IMG/VR virus record: IMGVR_UViG_3300008954_000001
DNA length: 64,000 nucleotides
Reading direction: 5' to 3' (one strand)
Source of the DNA: a virus
Lineage: Duplodnaviria; Caudoviricetes
In this document: piece by piece, positions 1-10,016 of the stretch
How the letters are laid out: every line of letters starts with the position of its first letter
Position numbering within the stretch: position 1 is the first letter of the stretch
The notes under the pieces: model-generated
What the model was told of the DNA's origin: nothing
The model's input: only the letters and a program-made list of their open reading frames with translations
Databases searched by the model: none
Translations under genes and position numbers: made by a program

Positions 1-921
1 ACGGGGGAACTTGGCCTTGACCTTTTCCCACGCCTTCTTGACCCCTTTTTCGGAAATAGGCTCTCGCCCATCTCGCTCTCGCTTTTGGTTGATGAACTCA
101 ACCGCCGCTCGATAGCCACCTTGGATACCACCCTTTTCGGTCGCCCCTAAGGTTTGATACGCTTCCAAGACATCCAGTTGCCCTTCAGTCATACGGCCTC
201 GACCGTTTCCGACCACATGCTCGTTGAACCATTCTTTCGCTCGGTTGTAATAGCGGTGGGAAGGGTTGGAAATAGCATCGAACAAGAGGACCACAAGACT
301 GTCGGTCCCAACTTCGGGAGCCTCAAACCCTTGACCCGCAATATCAGCATCCCCTTCATTTTGAACCTGCCCCGCCGCCTGTGCGATTTTGAGAGCATGT
401 TGAAGGAGAGCTTTATTGGTCGCTCCATTCAACCACTTCAAAGTGGTTGAACCGCTCTTGATACCGCTGGCGGCCTTACGGCCCAACGCATACCAATAAT
501 CAGGCTGGCTGATCCCCATGCCGTCACCACTGAAACTCGGCATCATGGCGGAACTCCACATACCAGCCAGAATCATGTCCACGGACATACCACGGCCACC
601 AGACTTCTTGATGATGGAGTCAGCTTTAGAAAGGGCATACTTGGTAACTGGACCCTGCATGATCCCCGAACGTGAGAAATCCAACAGTAGTGGGTCAACG
701 GAAGGGGCGACTTCCATCTTTGCCAAAGCTGAAGCGACTTGTTCAGGGCGGGTGCCTCTACGAAGAAGGCTGTCTTTTTTCCATCCGTGTGCGCCTTCGA
801 GAATATTCGCTCTCGCAATCGGATTGTAATCTTTAAGGTTGTCCGAGAACCCGGCGGTCTTACCCGTTCTGGCAGCCCGTAGCGTAAGCTGGATCGCTAT
901 GCGTAATTGATGTGCTTCCAT
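1..921 (-). CDS. Hypothetical protein, runs off the left edge; N-terminal leader ends in GKTA|G
   Basis: ATG at 921 with GAGGA RBS; translates MEAHQLRIAIQLTLRAARTGKTAGFSD... and appears open to position 1 (absent from the ORF track because no stop is in the window). Confidence 0.7.
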   Translation of the reverse strand, partial: MEAHQLRIAIQLTLRAARTGKTAGFSDNLKDYNPIARANILEGAHGWKKDSLLRRGTRPEQVASALAKMEVAPSVDPLLLDFSRSGIMQGPVTKYALSKADSIIKKSGGRGMSVDMILAGMWSSAMMPSFSGDGMGISQPDYWYALGRKAASGIKSGSTTLKWLNGATNKALLQHALKIAQAAGQVQNEGDADIAGQGFEAPEVGTDSLVVLLFDAISNPSHRYYNRAKEWFNEHVVGNGRGRMTEGQLDVLEAYQTLGATEKGGIQGGYRAAVEFINQKRERDGREPISEKGVKKAWEKVKAKFPR

Positions 922-1091
922 TTTATCCTCTCCAACGCCCTGAGGGTTTCGTTGCTGTCTTCAGCGGATCTATAGCGGTTTTACCGTCTGCCCGAAATCT
1001 TCTCGAACCCCTTAAATTCCCTACTGAAAAAAATCCTTGACCCACCTTGCAATCCCCCGTTCAATGGCATAAGGTTGGAAAAGATACTTCA

Positions 1092-1123
1092 GGGGGGGCT
1101 AAATTTTAGTCCTATCAGTAGTA
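1092..1123 (+). promoter_or_regulatory. Bipartite promoter motif GGGGGGGCT-N15-CAGTA
   Basis: Matches the motif found 11 times with a fixed 15-nt spacer; about 95 nt upstream of ORF 1218. Confidence 0.6.
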
Positions 1124-1217
1124 TCGTTAGTAGGCATAGACCTCGTTCTCCGAACACTGTCGCCGCCTCGAAACTGAAACGCTTAACCAAGGCCAAAAGG
1201 CCAAAGGACATTATCAG

Positions 1218-2381
1218 ATGGGCAACGCCACAGCCACCACAACACGTCCCCTACTTACTGAATGGATGACCGAGAACTATCAGTCATTCTTCAAATACTC
1301 CCTCAAACACCTCCCGAAGTATCTGGGGAACGACGAAGATCGTGAGGATGCGGTAAGCAACCTTATCTTCAAGATGATCCGTACCGAGAGCTTCGAGAAG
1401 CGATTGGCACAAGGCAAAGACCTGTCTTTCAGCGTCTTGCTGAATTTCGTGTGTCAGATGCACGGCCAAAGCCTCGACCATGACGGTCGAGATATGCTCG
1501 GTCGCTCCAAAGGGTGCAAGACCCGTGCGGAATTGAAAAGCGGTGAAGACTTCCCCGTCCTCGTTCCTGATTGGGGCGGTGAGGCTGTCCGACTCCCGAA
1601 GGATCAGGAAGCCGACTCGAAACAGGCTTCGGATCAGGTGGATTTCGTAGACCCTTCTCCAAGCCCTGACGACATGCTGGTTGTTGGCGAGCTTTGGGAG
1701 ATCATTGAAGCTGGAATGGAGCGAGAATGGTCGGGAGAAGCCTTGGCTCGACGGATGCGAGTTTTGAAGCTCCAAGCCGAAGGGGGAACCCAAGGCGACA
1801 TTGAACGAGAGTTTGGTGTAGGACCAACTCGTGCCAAGACCTTCAAAAAGGAGATCCGAGAGGTAGTCACCCACGCTCTCCGACCCCGCAAGACAGTGAT
1901 CAAGCGGAGCCGACCCGTAAAGAAAACCGACTCTTTCGTGATGGAAGTCTCGAAACCCGTGGAGCAGGTGAACGGATCAAATGTTCCTCAATTCGATAAC
2001 TTAGAGATTCTTCAAGAAGCCCTCCAAAATTGGGGAACTCTCCCGTCCTTATCAGACCGTCAGGTCGGGTATCTCACCCACGCTCTCCGAGCTATGGACC
2101 TAACCGACGAGAATGGCTCCCTGACGAAAGTTGGGAAGGCTTTGAACATTACCCCTCCCGCCTACTTCAAAAGGGCTATGAGGCTCGTTTTTGAGGCTTC
2201 TGTGGTGGGTCAAACTTGGTTGAAGTGGTCAGACTCGTTCGGTGTGAACGGCCTTGATCCAGATTCAGCGTTCGACTTCCTTCAAAGTCGATCTACTCTT
2301 TCCGAGAGTACCGCAAAGCGTAGAGCACGAACCCTGCGGTATTGGGCGACATTTCTTCAGACCCCCTCCCTATCAAATTGA
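1218..2381 (+). CDS. Sigma70/ECF-like factor with an extra C-terminal domain
   Basis: Region-2-like DEDREDAVSNLIFKM; region-4-like RRMRVLKLQAEGGTQGDIEREFGVG; C-terminal STAKRRARTLRYW extension. Confidence 0.55.
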   Translation: MGNATATTTRPLLTEWMTENYQSFFKYSLKHLPKYLGNDEDREDAVSNLIFKMIRTESFEKRLAQGKDLSFSVLLNFVCQMHGQSLDHDGRDMLGRSKGCKTRAELKSGEDFPVLVPDWGGEAVRLPKDQEADSKQASDQVDFVDPSPSPDDMLVVGELWEIIEAGMEREWSGEALARRMRVLKLQAEGGTQGDIEREFGVGPTRAKTFKKEIREVVTHALRPRKTVIKRSRPVKKTDSFVMEVSKPVEQVNGSNVPQFDNLEILQEALQNWGTLPSLSDRQVGYLTHALRAMDLTDENGSLTKVGKALNITPPAYFKRAMRLVFEASVVGQTWLKWSDSFGVNGLDPDSAFDFLQSRSTLSESTAKRRARTLRYWATFLQTPSLSN

Positions 2382-2461
2382 GAGGGTGCCCGTTTTCCTC
2401 CCTATCTCAGTACGTAGATAGGTGAGGGCGTGACCCTCCGAACCCCCCTTGGGAGGACAAC

Positions 2462-2746
2462 ATGGAAGAAGTAGAGCTTAAAACCATTACCAAAGACCGC
2501 CAACCCGCCCTGATCGTGGACTTTTCACAAGTCCAATCGGAGAGACCAACTCGCTATGTGTTGGGCTTTTACAAAGGCTGGACAGGCTCTACCAAAGAGT
2601 TTGGTGGGCAAGAGTACAATGACGGCTTCGATGCTGGTGTAGCGGTTCGAGAGGGCCGTCAAGAGATGCCCTCATGGGCGTTTCGACCAGAGGACCAGTT
2701 TGGAGACACGATCTTCGAGCATATCGAAGATCAGTCAGTCTCGTAA
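2462..2746 (+). CDS. Hypothetical protein
   Basis: GGGAGGA RBS, 94 aa. Confidence 0.6.
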   Translation: MEEVELKTITKDRQPALIVDFSQVQSERPTRYVLGFYKGWTGSTKEFGGQEYNDGFDAGVAVREGRQEMPSWAFRPEDQFGDTIFEHIEDQSVS

Positions 2747-3111
2747 CCGTACTCCGCTTCAAGTAGGAATGATTCTAAATCGTCTTGCATGGGTGCCACC
2801 CAAGACTCGGCCAACGCCTCGGCTTCTTCTTCATCCATCTGCGGCCCAAGTGACGCAAGCTCATCCAATGCGGCCAGCCTACTCAAATCCCACATTCCGT
2901 TCTTAGGTAAGTAGGTTCCAGTGGCTTTGCACTGTCGAACAAAACATAGAACGACCTGTTTAGCGAACTTCACATCAGCCCCCTCTTCTCGAAGGACTTC
3001 AATGAAGTGTTGGGAGTTCACATCGGCGGTTTGAGATCGGAGATCCTTACCAGCTAAGTCAGCTACGTAGGCTTCCCAATCTTCGATATTGTTTGGCCGT
3101 TCTTTACTCAT
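2731..3111 (-). CDS. Hypothetical protein
   Basis: Start moved to ATG 3111 (MSKERP), which overlaps the SNF2 stop. Confidence 0.6.
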   Translation of the reverse strand: MSKERPNNIEDWEAYVADLAGKDLRSQTADVNSQHFIEVLREEGADVKFAKQVVLCFVRQCKATGTYLPKNGMWDLSRLAALDELASLGPQMDEEEAEALAESWVAPMQDDLESFLLEAEYGYETD

Positions 3112-6100
3112 CCTCATCCTCCACTCCGGGGGGGCGGGATCGACCAGCGTAAGGGCTTGCTTGTAGGTCAAGCACCTTCTTATCGAGCCGCCACTTACTT
3201 GCATCCCGTTTTGAGACTGACCCCCATTCTTCGGTCAGGTCCATTTCTTGAGAGGCTTTGATGATGTCATCAAAGATGTCGGAATCCATCTTCTGGTAGA
3301 GAGCACGAATCGTATCAAGGGTTACGTCTTCGTAACCTCGCTCACCCACATTACTTGCCGACCCCGAATAACAAGAGTCAATCGTGATCTCCTGTACCTT
3401 TTGCTCTTGCCCTTGTCGCCAAGCACGAGCGGTGCGCTGCTTCATCGCTTCGCTGTTCCAGTGGTTACGGTCAAGGTGAACAACGGTATCGAAAGTCTGA
3501 AGGTTGTGTCCGTGAGAGTATTCCTTCCCCAACATGGTTGCGGTCTTGATCTCAGGGTTCTTCTTAACGATTTCTTTGAGCACAAACTGTTGCCATTGGG
3601 CCGCTGGATAGTTCTTATTCAAACCCTCGGCTCGAACCAGCTTCGTTTTAGGTGGAAGGTTCGGGTACTTGCGATACTTGCGCTTGCGGAACGGTAGTTG
3701 AAAAATGGCTCGACCACCCGCTTCAGCTACCCACCGATCAGCTTGATCTGCAAACAACAGTTCCATATCACCACGCTCAAACGGCACGGTGTAGGAATCG
3801 ATGGGGGAACCCCCTTCGTATAGTTGAATCGAATCTTTGAGGGCCAAAACATGAAGCCCCCCAATCCGAGAGGACATTCGCATCACGGAGTCGATACAGA
3901 GCTTCGGGTCATCGCTAAAGATCAAGGCTCGTGAGCCAGTAAAACCCCCGCTCTCTTCCGTAGAGATGATCTTATCCGCAAGAGTTTGCTCGCAAGTGTC
4001 CAGTTTGGGGTTCGGCATCGTTTCAGCCAACCGCTCGATTTCTTCTGGCGACCCCAATTGGTCCAAGAGAGTTTGTCCAACCTTCTTGATCCCACGAGGA
4101 TATTCGCCCCAGTTTTTCCGAAACCGCTTTGAATACTTGTACTTCTCTGGCGGGTTTCCAGAAGCGATCTCCGACAAGTCTCGCATAGCGTCAGCGGGCC
4201 TGTTCGAGAGGGTGTTCAATAGATTGACCCAAGGCCGCAATCGTAGTCCGAAAATATCTTCGGCTTTCTTGTCTCGATAAGAGTCTTGTTTGCGCCGTTC
4301 CTTGAACTTGACCGCAGCCGCTTGAAGAACGGTAGTCATTTGAGCGGTGACTGCTCGGTAGGCGGTTTCGACTTCGGGAGCCATCTCCGCTACTCGTGTT
4401 TCCACTAAGGGATCAGGGAGGTCATATTCATCGACCTTGGTTTTATCAGCATAAAAAACATTACGCTTTACCCAAGTTTTCATATCTCGTGCTGAGTTTT
4501 CATCACGAGTTACGCCAACAATGCGGCCACCAACGATATTGCAGAAGCGGTTTTTGAACCGCTGCATGGTCTTTCGGTTCTCTCGTGGTTCAACATCCCG
4601 CCCAAATAGAGGGGTGTTGTTCGAGATGGCCGCCAACACATAGGCTTCCATGGGGTTCTTTTCCATAGGGGAAGCTGTCAGACAGACTTTACGGGGGTGC
4701 CACAGTTTGAGGGCTGCTTGGGATCGCTGTGTCTTAGGGTTCTTGAGTGCGTGAGCTTCATCGAAGTAAATCTGAACGTACTCTTCGGGGTTCCACGCTT
4801 TCGGGGGCTTCTTGCTCTTAGCAGCTTGCTTCCCCACGCCCCCATATTGTTGATCCCACTCTTCTTGCTTCTGTTTCCAGTAATCATGCTGCTTCTTCAA
4901 AGGAGCGGGAATCTTCCCCGAACGAGAGGAACCTGAAAAGTTGGAGTAGGGGAGACAGTCAACTCGGTCGATCAACCCCCCGCCTTTACCTTTGATAAAG
5001 GCTTCAATCTCTTTAGGCATGTTGCCTACCAGAGACTTTGGACACACATAGAGGAACCGCCCATTGGTCTTTACTTCACGACCATCTGGCCGGGTGTAGC
5101 TGGCATCTTCTTCGAGCCAACCATCACGGACAGCTTTAACCATGCCACCAATCGCCGTGAGAGTCTTTCCTACGCCTGTTTCCAGAGCGCAAACCCCTGC
5201 CCCACCATTGGCATCAATCCACGCCAGAGCTTCCCGCTGCTTGCCCAACAACTCGAACTCTTTAGGCTCCCCATCCTTTTTGTAGGATGGGATAAAGGTG
5301 AAGTCCTCTACGATTTCTCCATTTTCATCCCGAATAGCCGTACTCAAGTTCGCCGCCTTGTATGCGGTGGTGTCCTTGGTCGCTTCTTCGGCGTTCGCCA
5401 GATCCTTGTAATACTGTTTGATCTTCTTATTTGCGGCTTCGGATAAGGCCAACCCTTCGGTTTTCTTCATCACCGTGCCGTAATCTTTGGGATCAAAGTA
5501 CACGGAGATGGCACGAGACCCTTTTACTGGGAACCATTCCATACTCGGAATACATCGCCTTGCGGGGGAAAAGGACTTGGTGCCACCAGCGCAGCAGAGT
5601 TCTTTTAGGTCGTTTCGGATATCTTTAAGAGGACCATCTCCTGGAATGGTGATCATCATCTTTTGGGTTTTGACCTTCTTCCGCTTCCCCATCACCGTGC
5701 GTGTTTTCGTTACATCCGCAACGGTGACATACGGCTCCCTTTCAGCAGGGTCGATCCGTTCGGGAACAGGGTGCGAAGCCCCACTTCGAGGATTGTAGGT
5801 ATAAGCGGTGCCTTCAATCATACGCCCATTGGCGTTGATCATGTCATCAAGGAAAATCCCCTTGTAGCGACCCCCCGTAATCACCTTCATTTCGGTGTAG
5901 GTGACGTTACCTTCGCCGTCTGTCACGGGAACGCTGATCATTTTTGTGGGGTACAGGCGGGTGAGCTTGCCTCGTTTGGCCTTATCATCCGTCAGGGAAG
6001 AGTATTCGGTTTCTCCACCAAGCTCTTCAATGGCTTCATCGTCTACTTTGCGTAGCCGCTTGAGGGGGACATTGACCTTTGTGGGTAGCTTGGACAGCTT

Positions 6101-6898
6101 CTTTTGCTGTTCCTCGTAGGTCTTTCGCTTCTCGATGTATTCTGGGATCGTGAGCTTTTTCCCGTCTCGGTCATAAATCAGCTCTTCCCCAGTTTCCTCG
6201 TTAGTCGCAACTAATGGGATTCTTCCCATTAGTTTAATTCGACGAACGCTGTGACCATCGGCCCGCATAGCCTTTTCTGTGTTCAGGTCAATCTCTCGAA
6301 GGGTCTTCTTTTCTTCAAGCATCAACGCATAGGTTTCAGGATCTTCGTCTTTGATCCTTTCGAGTTCAGCGGTGCCTTTCGCAGCAGGCTTGAGGCGCAA
6401 CCACCATTCGGTTGGTGGCACTCCACCAATCCTCATGGACTTCATGTAAACACCCTTATCTCTGGCGACCTCAATTAACAAAGGCACGAGGATTCGATTG
6501 AGCCGACCCCATAGGATCGAGCTTTCGGGGCGGGCAACGACTTTACGAATACATTGAAGGACTTCTGTTCGCTGGTCTGCGAGCATGTTGACAATAGTTG
6601 GACTCAGCCCTCGCTTGTCCACGGGGGATGTAATGCGAGTCAGCCGTAAGGCTTCTTTGCGGTACAGGATGACAAGGTCTTCCTGTAAAGGCATCCCATG
6701 TCGGAATTCCCACAGCTTGCGGTAGATTTGGAAGAACTCTAAGCCCTTCACAGTGAAAGCCCTACGGAGCTTCACTTCAATGGCGGGCTGAATTAGCGTC
6801 CGACCAGCTTCAATCAGCTTGATCTGCGCCTTGCTTAATCCAAGCTCCTCCAAATTGACTTTAGCTGTCTTGGAGGGAAGGGCATTCCCAACTTCCAT
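3104..6898 (-). CDS. SNF2-family (SF2) helicase/ATPase with a long unknown N-terminal half
   Basis: Motif I ETGVGKT, motif II DEAH, motif III TASP, motif VI QRTARAWRQGQ. Confidence 0.85.
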   Translation of the reverse strand: MEVGNALPSKTAKVNLEELGLSKAQIKLIEAGRTLIQPAIEVKLRRAFTVKGLEFFQIYRKLWEFRHGMPLQEDLVILYRKEALRLTRITSPVDKRGLSPTIVNMLADQRTEVLQCIRKVVARPESSILWGRLNRILVPLLIEVARDKGVYMKSMRIGGVPPTEWWLRLKPAAKGTAELERIKDEDPETYALMLEEKKTLREIDLNTEKAMRADGHSVRRIKLMGRIPLVATNEETGEELIYDRDGKKLTIPEYIEKRKTYEEQQKKLSKLPTKVNVPLKRLRKVDDEAIEELGGETEYSSLTDDKAKRGKLTRLYPTKMISVPVTDGEGNVTYTEMKVITGGRYKGIFLDDMINANGRMIEGTAYTYNPRSGASHPVPERIDPAEREPYVTVADVTKTRTVMGKRKKVKTQKMMITIPGDGPLKDIRNDLKELCCAGGTKSFSPARRCIPSMEWFPVKGSRAISVYFDPKDYGTVMKKTEGLALSEAANKKIKQYYKDLANAEEATKDTTAYKAANLSTAIRDENGEIVEDFTFIPSYKKDGEPKEFELLGKQREALAWIDANGGAGVCALETGVGKTLTAIGGMVKAVRDGWLEEDASYTRPDGREVKTNGRFLYVCPKSLVGNMPKEIEAFIKGKGGGLIDRVDCLPYSNFSGSSRSGKIPAPLKKQHDYWKQKQEEWDQQYGGVGKQAAKSKKPPKAWNPEEYVQIYFDEAHALKNPKTQRSQAALKLWHPRKVCLTASPMEKNPMEAYVLAAISNNTPLFGRDVEPRENRKTMQRFKNRFCNIVGGRIVGVTRDENSARDMKTWVKRNVFYADKTKVDEYDLPDPLVETRVAEMAPEVETAYRAVTAQMTTVLQAAAVKFKERRKQDSYRDKKAEDIFGLRLRPWVNLLNTLSNRPADAMRDLSEIASGNPPEKYKYSKRFRKNWGEYPRGIKKVGQTLLDQLGSPEEIERLAETMPNPKLDTCEQTLADKIISTEESGGFTGSRALIFSDDPKLCIDSVMRMSSRIGGLHVLALKDSIQLYEGGSPIDSYTVPFERGDMELLFADQADRWVAEAGGRAIFQLPFRKRKYRKYPNLPPKTKLVRAEGLNKNYPAAQWQQFVLKEIVKKNPEIKTATMLGKEYSHGHNLQTFDTVVHLDRNHWNSEAMKQRTARAWRQGQEQKVQEITIDSCYSGSASNVGERGYEDVTLDTIRALYQKMDSDIFDDIIKASQEMDLTEEWGSVSKRDASKWRLDKKVLDLQASPYAGRSRPPGVEDEDE

Positions 6899-6899
6899 T

Positions 6900-9317
6900 T
6901 CAGTCTACCCAAATGATCTGTGCCCCGTCAGGCAAGTCCGTAACGCTGGTGTAAGTGACATACTCGTTGCCAACCTTCACGGCATGACCAGCTTCGTAAC
7001 CGTGCTGGCCCATATCGGGCTGTACCTTGTTGCTATCCTCATCATTGGGGAGAGTGCTGTGGCCTTCGGCCTTCTCTTTGAGTTCAGAGTCTTCAGCAGC
7101 CTGTTTAGGCGGCGTGGTGGTTCCGTTGAACTCGGTTGCCCCTGGATTGTAGCCAGAGTTGCCTTCGAGCTTAGGCTGCGCTTCGTTGCTCTCATCTTCA
7201 CCGGGAAGTTGTGAGCGGCCCATGCCTTCGCCTTCTTTGTCCTCGTCCTCGTCATCCTCCGCACCAAACATGACACGGCCTCGTTGAAGTTCGCCGTTAG
7301 CGATACGGGTAGTCAGACGGACACGGGAGGCTTTCTTCGGGTTCAAACCATCTTTGATGGCTTTCACGACTGGAGTTCCAAGCAGCCCCGAATCTTTTTC
7401 GGCTACGATGGCGGGATCACCGGATTCTTCATCCTCGGTATCATCGTCCTTGGCGGCGGCCTTCTTGCCTTCGTCTTCGTCGTCCTCGCCTTCCTTGCCT
7501 TCGCTCTTTTTCTTTTCGCAGTTTTCCTTCAAGGCGGGAGGCAGTTTTTCGCAACCAGCGGTCTTACCGTCCTCATCCTCATCTTCACCTTCTTTGTCGC
7601 CATCTTTCTTCTTGGCTTCGCAAGCCTCTTGCATGGCTTCATTAGGAAGGTTCTCACAACCAGCGGTCTTACCGTCTTCGTCGTCCTCGCCTTCCTTATC
7701 TCCATCCTTCTTTTTAGCTTCACAGGCTTCTTGCATCGCCTCATTGGGGAGGTTTTCGCATCCAGCGGCTTTAAGGATAGCCTCGGCTTGGGCGATCAGT
7801 TTGTTCGCCCACATTGATTTCAGGTGGGGGTTGTTGTTATCCGACAACCACCGCTCCACATCAGACCAAAGGGTCTCTGTGTCCTTGATGCGCTCCAAGG
7901 ATGCCCGAACATTACGGGGGAGGTCGTCGTAGCTCATGGCGTTGCCACCACTCGCCAGATACTTCTCAAGCACCTTCTCTTGCCGCTTCATAAGGCGAGC
8001 AGCCTTGATGTGCTTCGAGGGATCTTTGGCATTGGCCGCAAGCTCTTCGGGCATCTTGCTCAAAGGAACCTTCTTACCCTTTTCGTGCTTGGCCTCTTTC
8101 TCATCGGCCTCTTTCTCATCCTCTTTATCGGAGGCGGTCACAAGAGAAGCGGCTTCGGGGTAGAAACGGAGAAGAATACGGGCAAACCGACACCGGCCAC
8201 GCTTCGAGTGATCACGGAGGAACGAAGTGATCTTCTCATACTTGGCTGTGCGGCGTGTGTGCAGGTCGTAAGCAACTGATCCCGCTTCTTGGGAAATGTC
8301 TAAACAAGCCTGAAGTGCCAACTTCGCCGTCTTCACTCGGTAGCCATACATTCCGTGACCAGCAGCGATCTTGGTGGATGCCTTCTTGGTCGAAGTCAAA
8401 CTAACTTTCCACTTCGAGGTGCCTCCGCCGAGCGACTCCGCTTTGGTCTTGACACCATCCTTCTCGATTTGCTTGGCGAACGCCTTGGCGTCTTTCTCTG
8501 CTTGGATACCGTTCGGCTCACTATAAAACGTGACTGAGCCATTCCCGTTAGCGGCGGCAATAATGAGGCTGACATCACTCTTTGGGCGAGACTTCTTGAT
8601 GGCTGCATCAATCGTAGCCCCAAGCTCATCGTTCTTTACCATTCGCTTGGTGGATGCCACCTTGGGTCCGATGTCCTCCATCGCAGCACAAAGGATGCGA
8701 GCAGACAGGGAGTTGGAACGCTTGGCATGGAGGTCAAGGAACGCAAACGTGGCCCTGTCCTTCGCATAAATCGTTCGAGCGATCTTATTAGCGACCTTTT
8801 GAACCTTACGAACCGAAGCCAAAACATCCCTTTGGGTCTGTTTCGTGTAGCCGTACAGTCCCCCAGAAGGGCGTTTCTTTACTGTTTTCAGGGCGGTAGC
8901 CATCTTGGAGAGGGACAACTCGTCCTCTTTCTCCAAAGACTTCAATACGTCTTCTAAGTTCATCATTTGTCGTTCCTCATGGTAATCAACTTCCCCATAA
9001 TCGGGCTGAGTCCTTAAAGGTGTGACCTGTAGAGGCTCACCTTCAAGTGTCTTATAGAAGGAGGATTGAAGTTCGGCGTTCGCAAGAGCCTCAAAATCAG
9101 CCCCACCATCCCGATCTTCATCCCATTTCTTCTTGTGTTTCGGTCTACGGCGACCCTTCGCCACATCCCTCACACGGCTGTCCTCTTTCATGGGGCCAGC
9201 GTTCGGTGTATTTTCAATGTGATCTCGCATGATCTCATTACGGGTCTTGGGCGTGTCTCGCCTGATCTTCATCTTGTCCTTTTGAGACAAGGGCTTCTTT
9301 TTCCTACGTCTACCCAT
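6900..9317 (-). CDS. Charged repeat-containing protein, putative internal head or polyprotein-like
   Basis: Likely start ATG 9317 (MGRRRKKK) overlapping the upstream stop; duplicated GLYGY/GMYGY domain, tandem AGCExLP repeats, many KxA sites. Confidence 0.65.
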   Translation of the reverse strand: MGRRRKKKPLSQKDKMKIRRDTPKTRNEIMRDHIENTPNAGPMKEDSRVRDVAKGRRRPKHKKKWDEDRDGGADFEALANAELQSSFYKTLEGEPLQVTPLRTQPDYGEVDYHEERQMMNLEDVLKSLEKEDELSLSKMATALKTVKKRPSGGLYGYTKQTQRDVLASVRKVQKVANKIARTIYAKDRATFAFLDLHAKRSNSLSARILCAAMEDIGPKVASTKRMVKNDELGATIDAAIKKSRPKSDVSLIIAAANGNGSVTFYSEPNGIQAEKDAKAFAKQIEKDGVKTKAESLGGGTSKWKVSLTSTKKASTKIAAGHGMYGYRVKTAKLALQACLDISQEAGSVAYDLHTRRTAKYEKITSFLRDHSKRGRCRFARILLRFYPEAASLVTASDKEDEKEADEKEAKHEKGKKVPLSKMPEELAANAKDPSKHIKAARLMKRQEKVLEKYLASGGNAMSYDDLPRNVRASLERIKDTETLWSDVERWLSDNNNPHLKSMWANKLIAQAEAILKAAGCENLPNEAMQEACEAKKKDGDKEGEDDEDGKTAGCENLPNEAMQEACEAKKKDGDKEGEDEDEDGKTAGCEKLPPALKENCEKKKSEGKEGEDDEDEGKKAAAKDDDTEDEESGDPAIVAEKDSGLLGTPVVKAIKDGLNPKKASRVRLTTRIANGELQRGRVMFGAEDDEDEDKEGEGMGRSQLPGEDESNEAQPKLEGNSGYNPGATEFNGTTTPPKQAAEDSELKEKAEGHSTLPNDEDSNKVQPDMGQHGYEAGHAVKVGNEYVTYTSVTDLPDGAQIIWVD
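7465..7770 (-). repeat. About 3 tandem in-frame repeats of ~102-105 bp (AGCENLPNEAMQEACEAKKKDGDKEGEDDEDGKT)
   Basis: CAACCAGCGGTCTTACCGTC recurs near 7552 and 7657, with a variant near 7760; copies differ at synonymous sites. Confidence 0.85.
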
Positions 9318-9906
9318 GATGCCCCCCAAACCAAATGGCTTGTAATTCCTCACCTGCGGTGCGGGTCGGTGTTTTCATAGAAGCCATGACTTGCCTTCCT
9401 TCAACTGAAACCTCCAAAGAGACAACTAAAGCGGGCCGCCGAACAATAAAGTCGCCCCAATCTTCACCCCATTTGGAGTAAAAATCGTCCTCATGCACTA
9501 TACGCACGGTTTTACTTGGGTTCGGGATGTTGGGGTCGGCAACATGGACATACAGGCCATCTTTCCGTTGTTCCACATCAAAGACCAAACTGGCGTGTGA
9601 CCAAGGCCGATTTTCGGGGTTCCAAGCAATCAACACAGGAAGCCCCCGATCTGTACACCTCTTTAATTGAGCGACAGTGGAGGGGGCCGTAAGGGTGCCT
9701 CTGCACCCAAAATACTGGATAGTTGCCAAGGCTTCTTCCCAACGAGCACCTTTTTTCGGTTCTGCGCCAAGGATTTTGTTTACATGGTCCTCGGTCAGTT
9801 CTGTTTTCCCAAGAGCCTTCAAAGCCATCAAAACAGACGTAGCTACGCAAGTGTACTGCGTTCTCTGGCGTACAGGGTCTACATTTGCTTTGGCTTTTTT
9901 GTGCAT
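9310..9906 (-). CDS. C39-family cysteine peptidase-like protein
   Basis: QRTQYTC (Q...C), WSHASL (His) and VADPN (Asp) match the papain-like C39 arrangement. Confidence 0.7.
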   Translation of the reverse strand: MHKKAKANVDPVRQRTQYTCVATSVLMALKALGKTELTEDHVNKILGAEPKKGARWEEALATIQYFGCRGTLTAPSTVAQLKRCTDRGLPVLIAWNPENRPWSHASLVFDVEQRKDGLYVHVADPNIPNPSKTVRIVHEDDFYSKWGEDWGDFIVRRPALVVSLEVSVEGRQVMASMKTPTRTAGEELQAIWFGGHHG

Positions 9907-10016
9907 CTTTCGTCACCTACCGTTGAAGCGGTTTCTATCTATGAGTCGGTATTGGCCCGATACCGTCCCATAGACAGATAGCCTTTTGTTTGAGGCATCG
10001 ACTGAGGATGTTCTAA

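Noticed and set aside
9310-9335. Frameshift at TTTGGGGGG fusing the C39 peptidase to the downstream protein
   Set aside because: The phasing does not fit an X XXY YYZ heptamer, and the downstream gene has its own ATG overlapping the stop with a G-rich RBS.
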